DNA of 64,000 nucleotides from Myxococcota bacterium. GTDB lineage: Bacteria; Myxococcota_A; UBA9160; SZUA-336. Within the stretch, counting starts at the first letter, position 1. The number at the start of each line of letters is the position of its first letter. Positions 37,822-47,460 of the stretch are shown one piece after another. The notes under the pieces were generated by a model. The model ran no database searches. It had not been told where the DNA came from and saw only the letters and a list, made by a program, of their open reading frames with translations. The position numbers and the translations under genes were made by a program. The stretch spans positions 1-64,000 of the forward strand of contig CBDFGR010000002.1 of NCBI GenBank assembly GCA_965247115.1, read 5' to 3'.

Positions 37822-38756
37822 CTACACCCGGTGGCCGCCGTAGAAGCTGTGCATGGGAGAGGACAGCGGCAGATAGACGTAGCCCAGCTCCTCATCCACG
37901 GTGAGGGGCGGCCAAGCGCCGATGGCCCCGCCGATCTTCCAGGAGTCGTCTTCCCATGTCTCGAATCCGAATTCTCCCGGCTGCGGCATCACATGGAAGG
38001 TCCAGCGCAGACGGCCCGTTCGCACGTCATAGGCCCGGATATCCTCCGCCGGAATTCCCTCTTTCACCACCGGAAAATCGCTGCCGGCGCCGGCGCCGCC
38101 GACGATGACCACGTCGCCCACGACGATGGGGCCGGATGTCCCGCCGGCGGGAAACGGCTCAGGGGGGCCGCCTCTCCTCAGGTCCACCTTGCCGCCGTCG
38201 CCGAAGTCTCGAACGAGGCTCCCCGTCTCCGCGCTCATCGACAGGAGATAGTCGCCGCGCACCGAGAAGATTCGCTGGCTCGAACCGCTGCTCCAGTGGC
38301 CGACCCCCCGGGTGCTGCGCCCGGCCATGCCCCGAAAGCCCTCGTAGAGCGGTTCCTGAATCCAGAGCGTCTCGCCGGTCCCGGCATCGAGCGCTTCCAC
38401 CACCCGACGCTGTTCGAGGCGTAGAGCACGCCGCCGATCATGAGCGGCGTCGCCTGGAGGACGTTGGATGGATTCAGGTCAGGAAACCTCTCGGTGATCC
38501 CTGGATCCAAGGCTGGCCGGTGCCAGAGAACGCTAAGCTTGCCGACGTTGTCGCGATCGATCTGCTCCAGCGGCGTGTACTTGGTGTTCGCTTTGTCGCT
38601 GCCGTAGCTGCGCCACTCGCCGTGGAACGCTGACTGCTGCGCATGGACCTGGTTCGGCTGCACTACGAGCAGAACCAAGTAGAGCAGGCAGCCGGCTCCG
38701 GTGGCTTTCTCGAGAAAGCGATAGACCTGCTCAGCTCGCGAGAGCTCGGTCTCCAT
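37822..38756 (-). pseudogene. PQQ-dependent glucose-dehydrogenase-like protein, frameshifted (~38405) and truncated
   Basis: EWRSYG.D...KYTPLEQIDRDNV..L...W, TPLMIGGVLY, RAYDVRTG...WTF, YGGHR then stop. Confidence 0.85.
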
Positions 38757-39084
38757 CCCTTCGGAGGCCAGTTCTCCGCGAGGAATGCCCTCACCTCTTT
38801 ACAGAACTCCTTGTGCTCTACCCTGTACCCCAGGTCCATTGCGACTTCTCTCGAGTCGAGCCGTCGGCGGCTCCGGGAGCCGAGGTTCTCACAATCGCTC
38901 CGTCGGGCACAACCGGGGAGGCGGGCCGGTGCCTTCCGTAGAGGGCGTGCGCATCGGGGACGACAGGGGCGGATAGACGTAGCCGAGCTACTAGCCGACC
39001 CGTTTTACGCTGCCCGACAGATCGTATAGGTTGCGAAGTTCACAGGCTCGCGCGGGCCGACCGCGGGAGCGAGGAGGAAGTGAC

Positions 39085-39564
39085 GTGATCAGAGCAACTC
39101 AGGCGCTTCTGTTCGTGGGAGCGCTAGCAGTCGCCTTCGCCATGCCCCCGGAAGACTCGGCGTGGGCCGACTCACACGAGAGCCCCTTGAAGATCTCCCG
39201 CATTGAAGTTTCCCCCGACCCGAGCTTCGCCCAGGTCGTGTACGTCGACTCCGGCGGTGCGAGGACGATATACGTGTCGGGACAGGTCGGTGAGTCGGCC
39301 GATCTGAAGAGCCAGTCGATCGAAGCCTTTGCGGGCCTGGAGAAGCGTCTCGCGGCAGCGGGCGCCAAGCCGTCCGACGTCGTGAAAATATCGATCTTCG
39401 TCGTCGACTATTCACCCGAGAAGATGGCAGACGCTTTCGCTGGATGGGGCCTCGTATTCAAGGATCACGAGTCGTCACCGGCCGCAACCTTGGTCGGTGT
39501 GCAGAGTCTCTTCCAGCCGCGCATCCTGATCGAGGTCGAGGCCGTAGCGGTCGTCCCCGTATAG
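39085..39564 (+). CDS. Rid-family protein with predicted signal peptide
   Basis: GGAGG RBS and GTG; hydrophobic N-terminus; IYVSGQVG, PAATLVGV.SL, IEVEAVA. Confidence 0.85.
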   Translation: MIRATQALLFVGALAVAFAMPPEDSAWADSHESPLKISRIEVSPDPSFAQVVYVDSGGARTIYVSGQVGESADLKSQSIEAFAGLEKRLAAAGAKPSDVVKISIFVVDYSPEKMADAFAGWGLVFKDHESSPAATLVGVQSLFQPRILIEVEAVAVVPV

Positions 39565-39767
39565 CCCGGAGCTGCGGGAATCGAACCCAGCCTCAACCGC
39601 TCAAACCTCCTAATCTGCCAGATACATATCCAGACGCACTCCGACCAGACACGCGACCCGACTTCTGAGGCGCATTTGGACGTCCCGACAACAGAGGTTT
39701 TCGGGTCGCCGCGAGAGGTCTCGAGCGGGCCCTAGGGCGCTCCCTACGAACCTGGATCGCGTAGAGT

Positions 39768-42700
39768 ATGCGCGTGATCTGCCCGAGCTGCGGCCATGAG
39801 AACCCGGTCGGCTCGCGCTTCTGCTTCGAGTGCGGTGCAGGCATGTCCGTCCAGTGTCCGAGGTGCGGCGCCGAGCTCCCGGCTGGCGTCAGGTTCTGCA
39901 ACCAGTGCGGAGCCAGTACCTCTGAGGCGGCAAAGGATCGACCGGAACGCGATCCACGCTCCTACACCCCCAAGCACCTCGCTGAGAAGATCCTCCAGTC
40001 GAAGTCCGCCCTGGAAGGTGAACGCAAGCAGTTGACGGTGCTCTTCGCGGACGTGAGGGGGTCGGTGGAGCTGTCCCAATCGGTCGACCCGGAGGACTGG
40101 CACCGGATCCTGGACAGCTTCTTCCAGGTGCTCGCCGACGGGGTGCACCGCTTCGAGGGTACTGTCAACCAGTACACCGGCGACGGCATCATGGCGCTGT
40201 TCGGCGCACCGATCGCGCATGAGGATCACGCGCAGCGCGCCTGCTACGCGGCACTGGCGCTGCACGACGACCTGGCCGTGCAGGCGCGCGAAGTGAAGCG
40301 CGAGCACGGCCTCACCTTCTCGACCCGTCTGGGCATTCACTCTGGCGAGGTGATCGTCGGCAAGATCGGCGACGACCTGCGCATGGACTACACGGCCCAG
40401 GGAGTCACGGTCGGCCTCGCAGCGCGCATGGAGGAGCTGGCGTCGCCCGACACCATCTACCTGAGCGACGCGACCGCCGCGCTCGTCTCCGGCTACTTCG
40501 AGCTGGACGACCTCGGCGAGTTCCGCGTGAAGGGGCTCGACGAGCCGGAGCGCGTACACCAGCTCACGGGCGCGAGCGCGCTCCGCACGCGCTTCGACGT
40601 CTCTCGCGTGCGCGGACTGACGCGCTTCGTCGGCCGCGACGCGGACATGGCGACGCTCGAGAGCGCGCTCGAGCAGGCGATCGCCGGGCGGGGCCAGGTC
40701 GTGGGCGTGGTCGCGGAGGCGGGAACCGGCAAGACCCGGCTGTGCTTCGAGTTCCTCGAGCGCTGCCGGACGCGCGGGATCGCCGTACACGAGGGTCGCG
40801 GCCTCGCGCACGGCAAGAACATCCCGTTCCTGCCCATGCTCCAGGTGTTCCGCTCCTATTTCCGGATCGAGGACGAGGACGATCCGCGAACGGTCCGCGA
40901 GCGGATCGCCGGGCGGCTGCTGCTGATGGACGAGGGCTTCCGCGACGCGCTGCCGCTCGTATTCGAGCTCTTTGGGGCGCCCGACCCCGACAACCCCTCG
41001 CTCGAGATGACTCCGGACGAGCGGCAGCGTCGTCTCTTCGGCGTGCTCCGGCGCGCCGCGCAGGGCGACGGCGAGCCCCGAGTGTCACTCCTCGAGGACC
41101 TGCACTGGCTGGACGCGACCAGCGAGCGGTTCCTCGAGGAGTGGGTCGATGCGGTGCCCGGCGCGAACGCGCTTCTGCTCGTGAACTTCCGGCCCGAGTA
41201 CCACGCGGACTGGACGCAAAAATCCTGGTACCGACAGATTCCGCTCGCGCCACTCGGACCCGCGGCGACCCAAGAGCTGCTCGACGACCTCTTGGGTAAT
41301 GACCCGAGTGTGGTCGGCCTGGGGGACCGCATTCACGAGCGCACGGAGGGGAACCCCTTCTTCACCGAGGAGGTGGTGCAGACGCTGATCGAGTCGGGCA
41401 GGCTCGAGGGCGAGCGCGGCGCCTACCGCCTGGTCGAACCCGTCGAGAGCCTGGAGATCCCCGCCACGGTGACGAGCCTGCTCGCGGCGCGCATCGACCG
41501 CCTGCCCGAACGCGAGAAGCACGTTCTGCAGGCGGCGGCCGTACTCGGTAAGGAGTTCCCCGGGCCGATCCTGGAGGCCGTGGCCGAGCTGCGCCACGGC
41601 GACCTCACCGAGGCGCTGACATCGCTCAAGGGCGGCGAGTTCCTCTACGAGCAGTCGCTCTATCCCATCGCCGAGTACGCCTTCAAGCACCCGCTCACCC
41701 AGGAGGTTGCGCTCGGCTCCCAGCTCACGGACCGCCGTCGCCGCCTGCACGTCGCGGCGGCCCGTGCGCTCGAGGCGGCGCGCGCCGACCGACTCGACGA
41801 GAGTGCAGCCCTGCTCGCGCACCACTGGGAGCAGGCCGGCGACCCCCGCGAGGCCGCGCGCTGGCAGCGCCGGGCGGCCGAGTGGATCATCCGCGGCGAT
41901 CCCGTAGGCGCGGTCCGGCACTGGCAGATCGTGCGCGACCTCGGCACGCCGCTCGCCGGCAAGGACGACGAGATCGCGCGGCTGTGTCTGCTGGCCTGCC
42001 GAGCGATCCTGCAGCTCGGAGGTTGGAGGCTGGACTTCTCCGAAGCCGAGGTCCGCGCGCTCGGCGAGGAGGGCCGCGCGCTGGCGGAGCGCCTCGGGGA
42101 TCACACGGCCCTGGCCACGCTGCTCGCCTCCGAGAACACGAGCATGGCTACGCTGACGGGAGACCTGCGAGGCCACTACGAGACGAGTCGCGCGGCCCGC
42201 GCGCTGCTCGCGGAGGACGCGAGTCGCGAGGACCGGATCTTGGTTCACTTCGGCGTCGCCTTCTCGACCTGGGCCATGGGCCGCGTGGCGGAAGCGCTGC
42301 CGCTGTTTGACGAGGCGGTTGAGCTCGGCGCGGGCGATCCACGCGCCGGGTTCGGGTCCGTCGGCTTCGGCATCATCGCCTGGGGCCACATGCATGCATC
42401 GCAGTTGCTCGCCTTCGCCGGCCGCTTCGACGAGTCCGCCGAACGCCTGGAGCAGGCAATCCGCCTGGCGCGGCAGCACGGGCTCTCGGAGAACCTGGGC
42501 TGGGCGCTCGGGTCCTCTGGGCAGTGCGCGCTCCTTGCGGGCAGTGTGCTCGTCGGCGCGCCCGATCCTCGCGCCGCGGCCGTCGAGTCGCTAGAGCTCC
42601 TCGAGGGCGTGGGAGACAGCTTCTCGCGCGTGGTCGGCCGGTGGTCCCTCGCCCACGCCGAGCGGTTCGCGGAGAACTTCGAGGCGGCAGATCGGATCGC

Positions 42701-43160
42701 CGCCGAAGCGCTCGACCTCATTCGCGGGGCGGGCACTGGGCAGGAGCTCGTGGTCCCCCTACTCAGCACCCGATCCGTCGCGCAACGCGAACGCGGCAAC
42801 ACGGCGGGCGCTCTCGAGCTGGCGCGCGAGGCGGTCGACATCGCCGAGCGTCAACCCTGCATCCACTATGGCATCGACGCCCGGCTCGCGCTGGCGCGTG
42901 CGTTGCTCGCGGTGGACGGCCCCGCGGCGCGGGAGGATGTCGAGGCAGGCCTCGCGCGGGCGAGCGAGTGGGTCGACGAGTCGGGCGCGCGCGCGTTCGA
43001 GCCTCACATCCTCGAGGTGCGAGCCGAGTTGGCGGAGGTCCTGGGCGACCAGGCAGCGCGCGAGCACGAGCTCCGCGAAGCCCACCGCCTCTACACCGAG
43101 ATGGGCGCGGCGGGGCACGCTGAGCGGGTGGCGAGAGAGCTGCAGGAGACCAGCGGATGA
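39768..43160 (+). CDS. Class III adenylate/guanylate cyclase with double zinc ribbon, STAND-type ATPase and TPR-like domains
   Basis: Four CxxC, TVLFAD, GDGIMALFGAP, AEAGTGKTRL, EDLHW.D, GNPFF.EE, FKHPL. Confidence 0.93.
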   Translation: MRVICPSCGHENPVGSRFCFECGAGMSVQCPRCGAELPAGVRFCNQCGASTSEAAKDRPERDPRSYTPKHLAEKILQSKSALEGERKQLTVLFADVRGSVELSQSVDPEDWHRILDSFFQVLADGVHRFEGTVNQYTGDGIMALFGAPIAHEDHAQRACYAALALHDDLAVQAREVKREHGLTFSTRLGIHSGEVIVGKIGDDLRMDYTAQGVTVGLAARMEELASPDTIYLSDATAALVSGYFELDDLGEFRVKGLDEPERVHQLTGASALRTRFDVSRVRGLTRFVGRDADMATLESALEQAIAGRGQVVGVVAEAGTGKTRLCFEFLERCRTRGIAVHEGRGLAHGKNIPFLPMLQVFRSYFRIEDEDDPRTVRERIAGRLLLMDEGFRDALPLVFELFGAPDPDNPSLEMTPDERQRRLFGVLRRAAQGDGEPRVSLLEDLHWLDATSERFLEEWVDAVPGANALLLVNFRPEYHADWTQKSWYRQIPLAPLGPAATQELLDDLLGNDPSVVGLGDRIHERTEGNPFFTEEVVQTLIESGRLEGERGAYRLVEPVESLEIPATVTSLLAARIDRLPEREKHVLQAAAVLGKEFPGPILEAVAELRHGDLTEALTSLKGGEFLYEQSLYPIAEYAFKHPLTQEVALGSQLTDRRRRLHVAAARALEAARADRLDESAALLAHHWEQAGDPREAARWQRRAAEWIIRGDPVGAVRHWQIVRDLGTPLAGKDDEIARLCLLACRAILQLGGWRLDFSEAEVRALGEEGRALAERLGDHTALATLLASENTSMATLTGDLRGHYETSRAARALLAEDASREDRILVHFGVAFSTWAMGRVAEALPLFDEAVELGAGDPRAGFGSVGFGIIAWGHMHASQLLAFAGRFDESAERLEQAIRLARQHGLSENLGWALGSSGQCALLAGSVLVGAPDPRAAAVESLELLEGVGDSFSRVVGRWSLAHAERFAENFEAADRIAAEALDLIRGAGTGQELVVPLLSTRSVAQRERGNTAGALELAREAVDIAERQPCIHYGIDARLALARALLAVDGPAAREDVEAGLARASEWVDESGARAFEPHILEVRAELAEVLGDQAAREHELREAHRLYTEMGAAGHAERVARELQETSG

Positions 43161-43254
43161 GCTTCATCCGCGACCGTACCCCACACGACGCCCCGGCTTC
43201 GAGCCGGTACAGGTTATGATTGGAGACGGGTTACTGAATTCGGAGAAAAGCGCG

Positions 43255-44058
43255 ATGGCACTCAATCAAGACAACTACCAGGCGATGCTGATCGAGAAGC
43301 GGGCCAACGGCGTGGCAATCGTCACCCTGAACCGGCCGGAGCGTCTCAACGCCGTCAACGGAGTGATGCACCACGAGCTGAACACCTTCGCACGCGACGC
43401 GGAGAGCGATCCGGAAGTACGCGTCGTGGTGTTGGCGGGGGCCGGGCGCGCGTTTTGCGCCGGGGGCGACTTTGGCCCGGACTCCAACGTCAGCGAGACC
43501 GGCAGCGGCGCAGGGCTGAGTCTCGAGGAGGCCCGGCAGATCGTGGATCACCTCCTCGAGCTACGAAAGCCGATCGTCTCCGCCGTCCAGGGCTATGCGA
43601 TGGGTCTTGGGGCCACGATCTCACTTCTGTGTGACGTGATGGTCGCGGGCCCGAAGACCGTGTTCGCCGATACCCACGTGAAGATGGGCATCGGGGCCGG
43701 CGACGGGGGCCAGGTGATCTGGCCGCTTCTCATGGGGGTCAACCGCGCGAAGTGGTTCCTGATGAGCGGCGAGCGGGTGACCGGCGAGGATCTCGTTGGT
43801 ATGGGGCTCGTGAACTTTCTCGCGGACGACGACAAGATCCTGGAGAAGGCGCTGGAGTGTGCGGACCAGCTGGCGGCCGGGCCCGCTGGCGCCATTTCGG
43901 CGTCAAAGGTTCCGATCAACCACTACATCAAAATGATCTCGAATCTGGTGCTACCGCTCTCCCTCAGCCTCGAGGGCGAGAACTTCCGCTCGAAGGACGC
44001 GAAAGAAGCGCAGCGCGCCTTTGTCGAGAAGCGGCAGCCCAACTTCGCCACGAGCTGA
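43255..44058 (+). CDS. Enoyl-CoA hydratase/isomerase family protein
   Basis: LNRPERLNA, FCAGGD, GYAMGLG, AGDGG. Confidence 0.9.
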   Translation: MALNQDNYQAMLIEKRANGVAIVTLNRPERLNAVNGVMHHELNTFARDAESDPEVRVVVLAGAGRAFCAGGDFGPDSNVSETGSGAGLSLEEARQIVDHLLELRKPIVSAVQGYAMGLGATISLLCDVMVAGPKTVFADTHVKMGIGAGDGGQVIWPLLMGVNRAKWFLMSGERVTGEDLVGMGLVNFLADDDKILEKALECADQLAAGPAGAISASKVPINHYIKMISNLVLPLSLSLEGENFRSKDAKEAQRAFVEKRQPNFATS

Positions 44059-44144
44059 CGGAGAAAGCTACGAGGCTTCGGGAAAGAGGGCGCGCTGCAG
44101 TGCGGCGCGTTCATCGGCGATCCAGCGCCGAGACAGCGTCGCGA

Positions 44145-44876
44145 TCAGCCATGCACGCCGCCATCGACGGTGAAGGCCTGGCCGGTGCAGTAGCTCGACC
44201 GGTCGCTGGCCAGAAACAGCGCCATCTGGGCGATGTCTTCGGGCTCGCCCAGCCGCCGGATGGGCTGACGCAAGGCCCACTTCTCCTCGTTGCCCTTGAC
44301 CAGGTGATCGATCATGTCCGTGACGATCACGCCGGGGTGGATCGAGTTGACCCGGATCTCGTACTTCCCGAGCTCTTTCGCGGCGGTCTTGGTCATCCCA
44401 GTGACGGCCCACTTGGTGGCCCCGTACGCGGTGGCTCCGAAACCTCCTTCCAAGCCCGCGATCGACGAGGTGTTGATGATCGAGCCGCCGTTCCCGGCGT
44501 CGATCATCGCGCGTGCCGCGGTGCGCATGCCCAGGAATACACCCGTCTGGTTGATCGCGACCGTGCGGTTCCACAGGTCGGTCGAGGTGTTGAGGAGCTG
44601 GGCGCCCTGAAAGATGCCCGCGTTGTTCATCAGAATGTCGAGCCGACCGTGCCGGCCGATCGTGTCGGCGACGACGGACTCCCACTCGGACTCCGATGTC
44701 ACATCCAGGTGTAGGTACTGGCAGCCGAGTGCGCTTGCGGTCTTCTCGCCCTGCTCGTCGAGCACGTCGCTGATTACCACCGTTGCACCCTCCCTCGCGA
44801 ACAGTCGCGCCTCCGAGGCACCCTGGCCCCTGGCCCCGCCAGTCACTACGGCAATCCGGCCATCCAACTCTCCCAT
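44145..44876 (-). CDS. SDR oxidoreductase (3alpha,20beta-HSD-like)
   Basis: TGGARGQG, NNAG, YGATK, IRVNSIHPG; start after GAGG. Confidence 0.92.
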   Translation of the reverse strand: MGELDGRIAVVTGGARGQGASEARLFAREGATVVISDVLDEQGEKTASALGCQYLHLDVTSESEWESVVADTIGRHGRLDILMNNAGIFQGAQLLNTSTDLWNRTVAINQTGVFLGMRTAARAMIDAGNGGSIINTSSIAGLEGGFGATAYGATKWAVTGMTKTAAKELGKYEIRVNSIHPGVIVTDMIDHLVKGNEEKWALRQPIRRLGEPEDIAQMALFLASDRSSYCTGQAFTVDGGVHG

Positions 44877-45050
44877 GGCTTCCTCCTTTCGCTGTCCCTG
44901 GAAGCGACGGGGCAGCGCTGCGCTCCCCATTGTAGATGAGGTGGACCCGTCCACGTTAGCTCCATGCGGTCCACCGGATGATCTCCTCGACCCCTTGGCC
45001 CCCAAAAAGATTATGCTTGCCGGCGACACACGTCGCCGGCGGAGGTTCGG

Positions 45051-46277
45051 ATGAGTGACTACCAGGAGATGAGCGAGGAAGAGCTGCGCCGCCGCACGGT
45101 CGCGCTGCTCGACGAGGTCCACCCAGAGAAGACGGACGGTGTGACGTTCCGTCGCAAGCAGTACGACCATGGCCTGGCCTGGGTGCACTTCCCCGAGGGC
45201 TACGGCGGACTCGGTCTCCGCCCCAAGCTGAACATCGTGGTGGCGGACGAGATCTCCAAGCACTCCAAGGTGGTCCACCACGATCCGCCGGCCAGCATCA
45301 TCGGCATCGGCATGGGCGCCCCCGTCGTGCTGACCTATGGCACCGACGAGATGAAGAAGGAGCTGCTGCCCAAAATCTTCTCGGGAGAGGAGATCTGGTG
45401 TCAGATGTTCAGCGAGCCGAGCGCCGGCTCCGACGTAGCGGGCCTCTCCACGAGCGCGGTGCGCGACGGCGACGAGTGGGTCGTGAACGGTCAGAAGGTC
45501 TGGACGACGGTCGCCCACGTCTCGAAGTGGGGCATGTTGCTCGCGCGCACCAACCCCGACGTGGCCAAGCACGACGGCATGTCGTACTTCGTGCTCGACA
45601 TGCACGCGCCCGGCGTCGAGGTGCGGCCCCTGTACCAGATCACGGGATCGGCGGAGTTCAACGAGGTCTTCTTCAACGACGTGCGCATCCCGAACGAGCG
45701 CATGCTCGGCAAGGAGGGCCAGGGCTGGCGCGTCGCCATCACCACGCTGATGAACGAGCGCGTGGCCATCGGCGGCGGCGGGTCCAAGAAGAAGGGGGGC
45801 GGCACCACCCAGCTGATCAAGCTGTGGGAGGAGCGCAAGAAGGCCGCGTTCTCGGCAGCTCAGGAGGCGCTGCTGCGCGATCGCGTGACGCAGCTCTACA
45901 TCGAGAACGAGCTACTGCGCATCACCTCGCAGCGAGCGCGCGCCGCTCAACGTGCGGGTAACCCGGGCCCCGAGGGGTCCGTCTCCAAGCTCGCTCAGGC
46001 CGAGATCAACAAGCGCATGTGGGAGACCGGGCTCGATATCCTGGGCGCGGACGGCCTGGCCTTCGAGGCGGGCTACGACCGGCGCCAGGGCGCATTCAGC
46101 AGCGGCGGCTCCACCGTCGGCCTGGCCAAGTACCAGTTCCTGCGCTCGCGGGCCAACTCGATCGAGGGCGGGACGTCCGAGATCATGCGTAACATCCTGG
46201 GCGAGCGGGTGCTCGGACTCCCGGGCGAGCCGCGCGTCGACAAGGACGTGCCCTGGAAGGACGTGCCGCGCTCGTAG
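45051..46277 (+). CDS. Acyl-CoA dehydrogenase (first of a pair)
   Basis: WCQMFSEPSAGSD, NGQKVWT, EFNEVFF, IEGGTSEI. Confidence 0.93.
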   Translation: MSDYQEMSEEELRRRTVALLDEVHPEKTDGVTFRRKQYDHGLAWVHFPEGYGGLGLRPKLNIVVADEISKHSKVVHHDPPASIIGIGMGAPVVLTYGTDEMKKELLPKIFSGEEIWCQMFSEPSAGSDVAGLSTSAVRDGDEWVVNGQKVWTTVAHVSKWGMLLARTNPDVAKHDGMSYFVLDMHAPGVEVRPLYQITGSAEFNEVFFNDVRIPNERMLGKEGQGWRVAITTLMNERVAIGGGGSKKKGGGTTQLIKLWEERKKAAFSAAQEALLRDRVTQLYIENELLRITSQRARAAQRAGNPGPEGSVSKLAQAEINKRMWETGLDILGADGLAFEAGYDRRQGAFSSGGSTVGLAKYQFLRSRANSIEGGTSEIMRNILGERVLGLPGEPRVDKDVPWKDVPRS

Positions 46278-46296
46278 CGGCGGTGGAGAAACGAGC

Positions 46297-47415
46297 ATGG
46301 CATTCGACTTCGAGTTCACTGATGAGCACGACGAGCTGCGCGCCACGATACGCGCGTTCCTCGCCGACAAGTCCAACGAGGCCATCGTGCGCGAGCAGAT
46401 GACGACCGACCGCGGATGGGACCCCGACACCTGGAGCCAGATGGCCGAGGAGCTCGGACTCGCGGGACTGATCATCCCCGAGGAGCACGGCGGCGCGGGC
46501 TACACCTACGTGGAGCTGCTGATCGCCATGGAGGAAATGGGGCGCGCTCTGGCCTGCGCTCCCTTCCTTGGCAACGCCGTGTTCGCCGCTAACACGCTCC
46601 AGCTCTGCGCGGACCGCGCCACGCAGGAGGACCTGCTCGCCGGAATCGCCGCGGGACGTAGCGTCGTCTCGGTCGCCTGGGCCGAGCCGAACGGACGCTG
46701 GGACCCGGGCAGCATCGAGATGCGTGCGCGCGCCAAGGGGGACGGTTTCGAGCTGGAGGGCCGCAAGGCCTGGGTGCTCGACGGGCACGTGGCCGACACC
46801 CTGCTCGTCGCCGCTCGCACCGACGCCGGCCTGGGGCTGTTCCGTGTCGAGGCGAACGCCGAGGGGCTCACGCGCGAGCTCGTACCGTCGCTCGACCTCA
46901 CCCGCAAGCTCGCCCACCTGGAGCTCGCGGCGACGCCAGCTCGGCGGGTAAGCGAGGGAGATCAGACCGGAAATCTCGGGCGCGCACTCGCCCTGACCAC
47001 GGCCGCGCTGGCCGCCGAGCAGGTGGGGGGCGCACAGATGTGTCTCGAGATGGCGACCGACTACGCCAAGACGCGCCTGCAGTTCGGACGCCCGATCGGG
47101 TCGTACCAGGCGATCAAGCACAAGTGCGCCGACATGCTGGTCGAGGTGGAGTTCGCCAAGTCCGCCGCGTACAACGCCTGCTTTGCCGCCGCCAACGACG
47201 AAGAGGACTTCCTCGAAGCCGCGGCCCTGGCCAAGTCCTACTGCTCCGAGGCGTACTTTCACGCCGCCGCCGACAACATCCAGATCCACGGCGGCATGGG
47301 CTTCACGTGGGAGCACCCGGCGCACCTCTACTTCAAGCGCGCCAAGGCGAGCGAGATCCTGTTCGGCGACGCCGCCCACCACCGTGAGGTGCTAGCGGGT
47401 CTAGTGGGTATCTAG
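46297..47415 (+). CDS. Acyl-CoA dehydrogenase (second of a pair)
   Basis: R.QFGRPIGSYQAIKH, QIHGGMGFTWEH. Confidence 0.93.
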   Translation: MAFDFEFTDEHDELRATIRAFLADKSNEAIVREQMTTDRGWDPDTWSQMAEELGLAGLIIPEEHGGAGYTYVELLIAMEEMGRALACAPFLGNAVFAANTLQLCADRATQEDLLAGIAAGRSVVSVAWAEPNGRWDPGSIEMRARAKGDGFELEGRKAWVLDGHVADTLLVAARTDAGLGLFRVEANAEGLTRELVPSLDLTRKLAHLELAATPARRVSEGDQTGNLGRALALTTAALAAEQVGGAQMCLEMATDYAKTRLQFGRPIGSYQAIKHKCADMLVEVEFAKSAAYNACFAAANDEEDFLEAAALAKSYCSEAYFHAAADNIQIHGGMGFTWEHPAHLYFKRAKASEILFGDAAHHREVLAGLVGI

Positions 47416-47460
47416 CGCCCTACTTCCCCCTCGGGCGGATGCGCTCTGACGCCCGAGCGA

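Noticed and set aside
37661..37843. 60-aa ORF as a gene
   Set aside because: No RBS or recognisable motif; overlaps the PQQ pseudogene breakpoint, probably debris.
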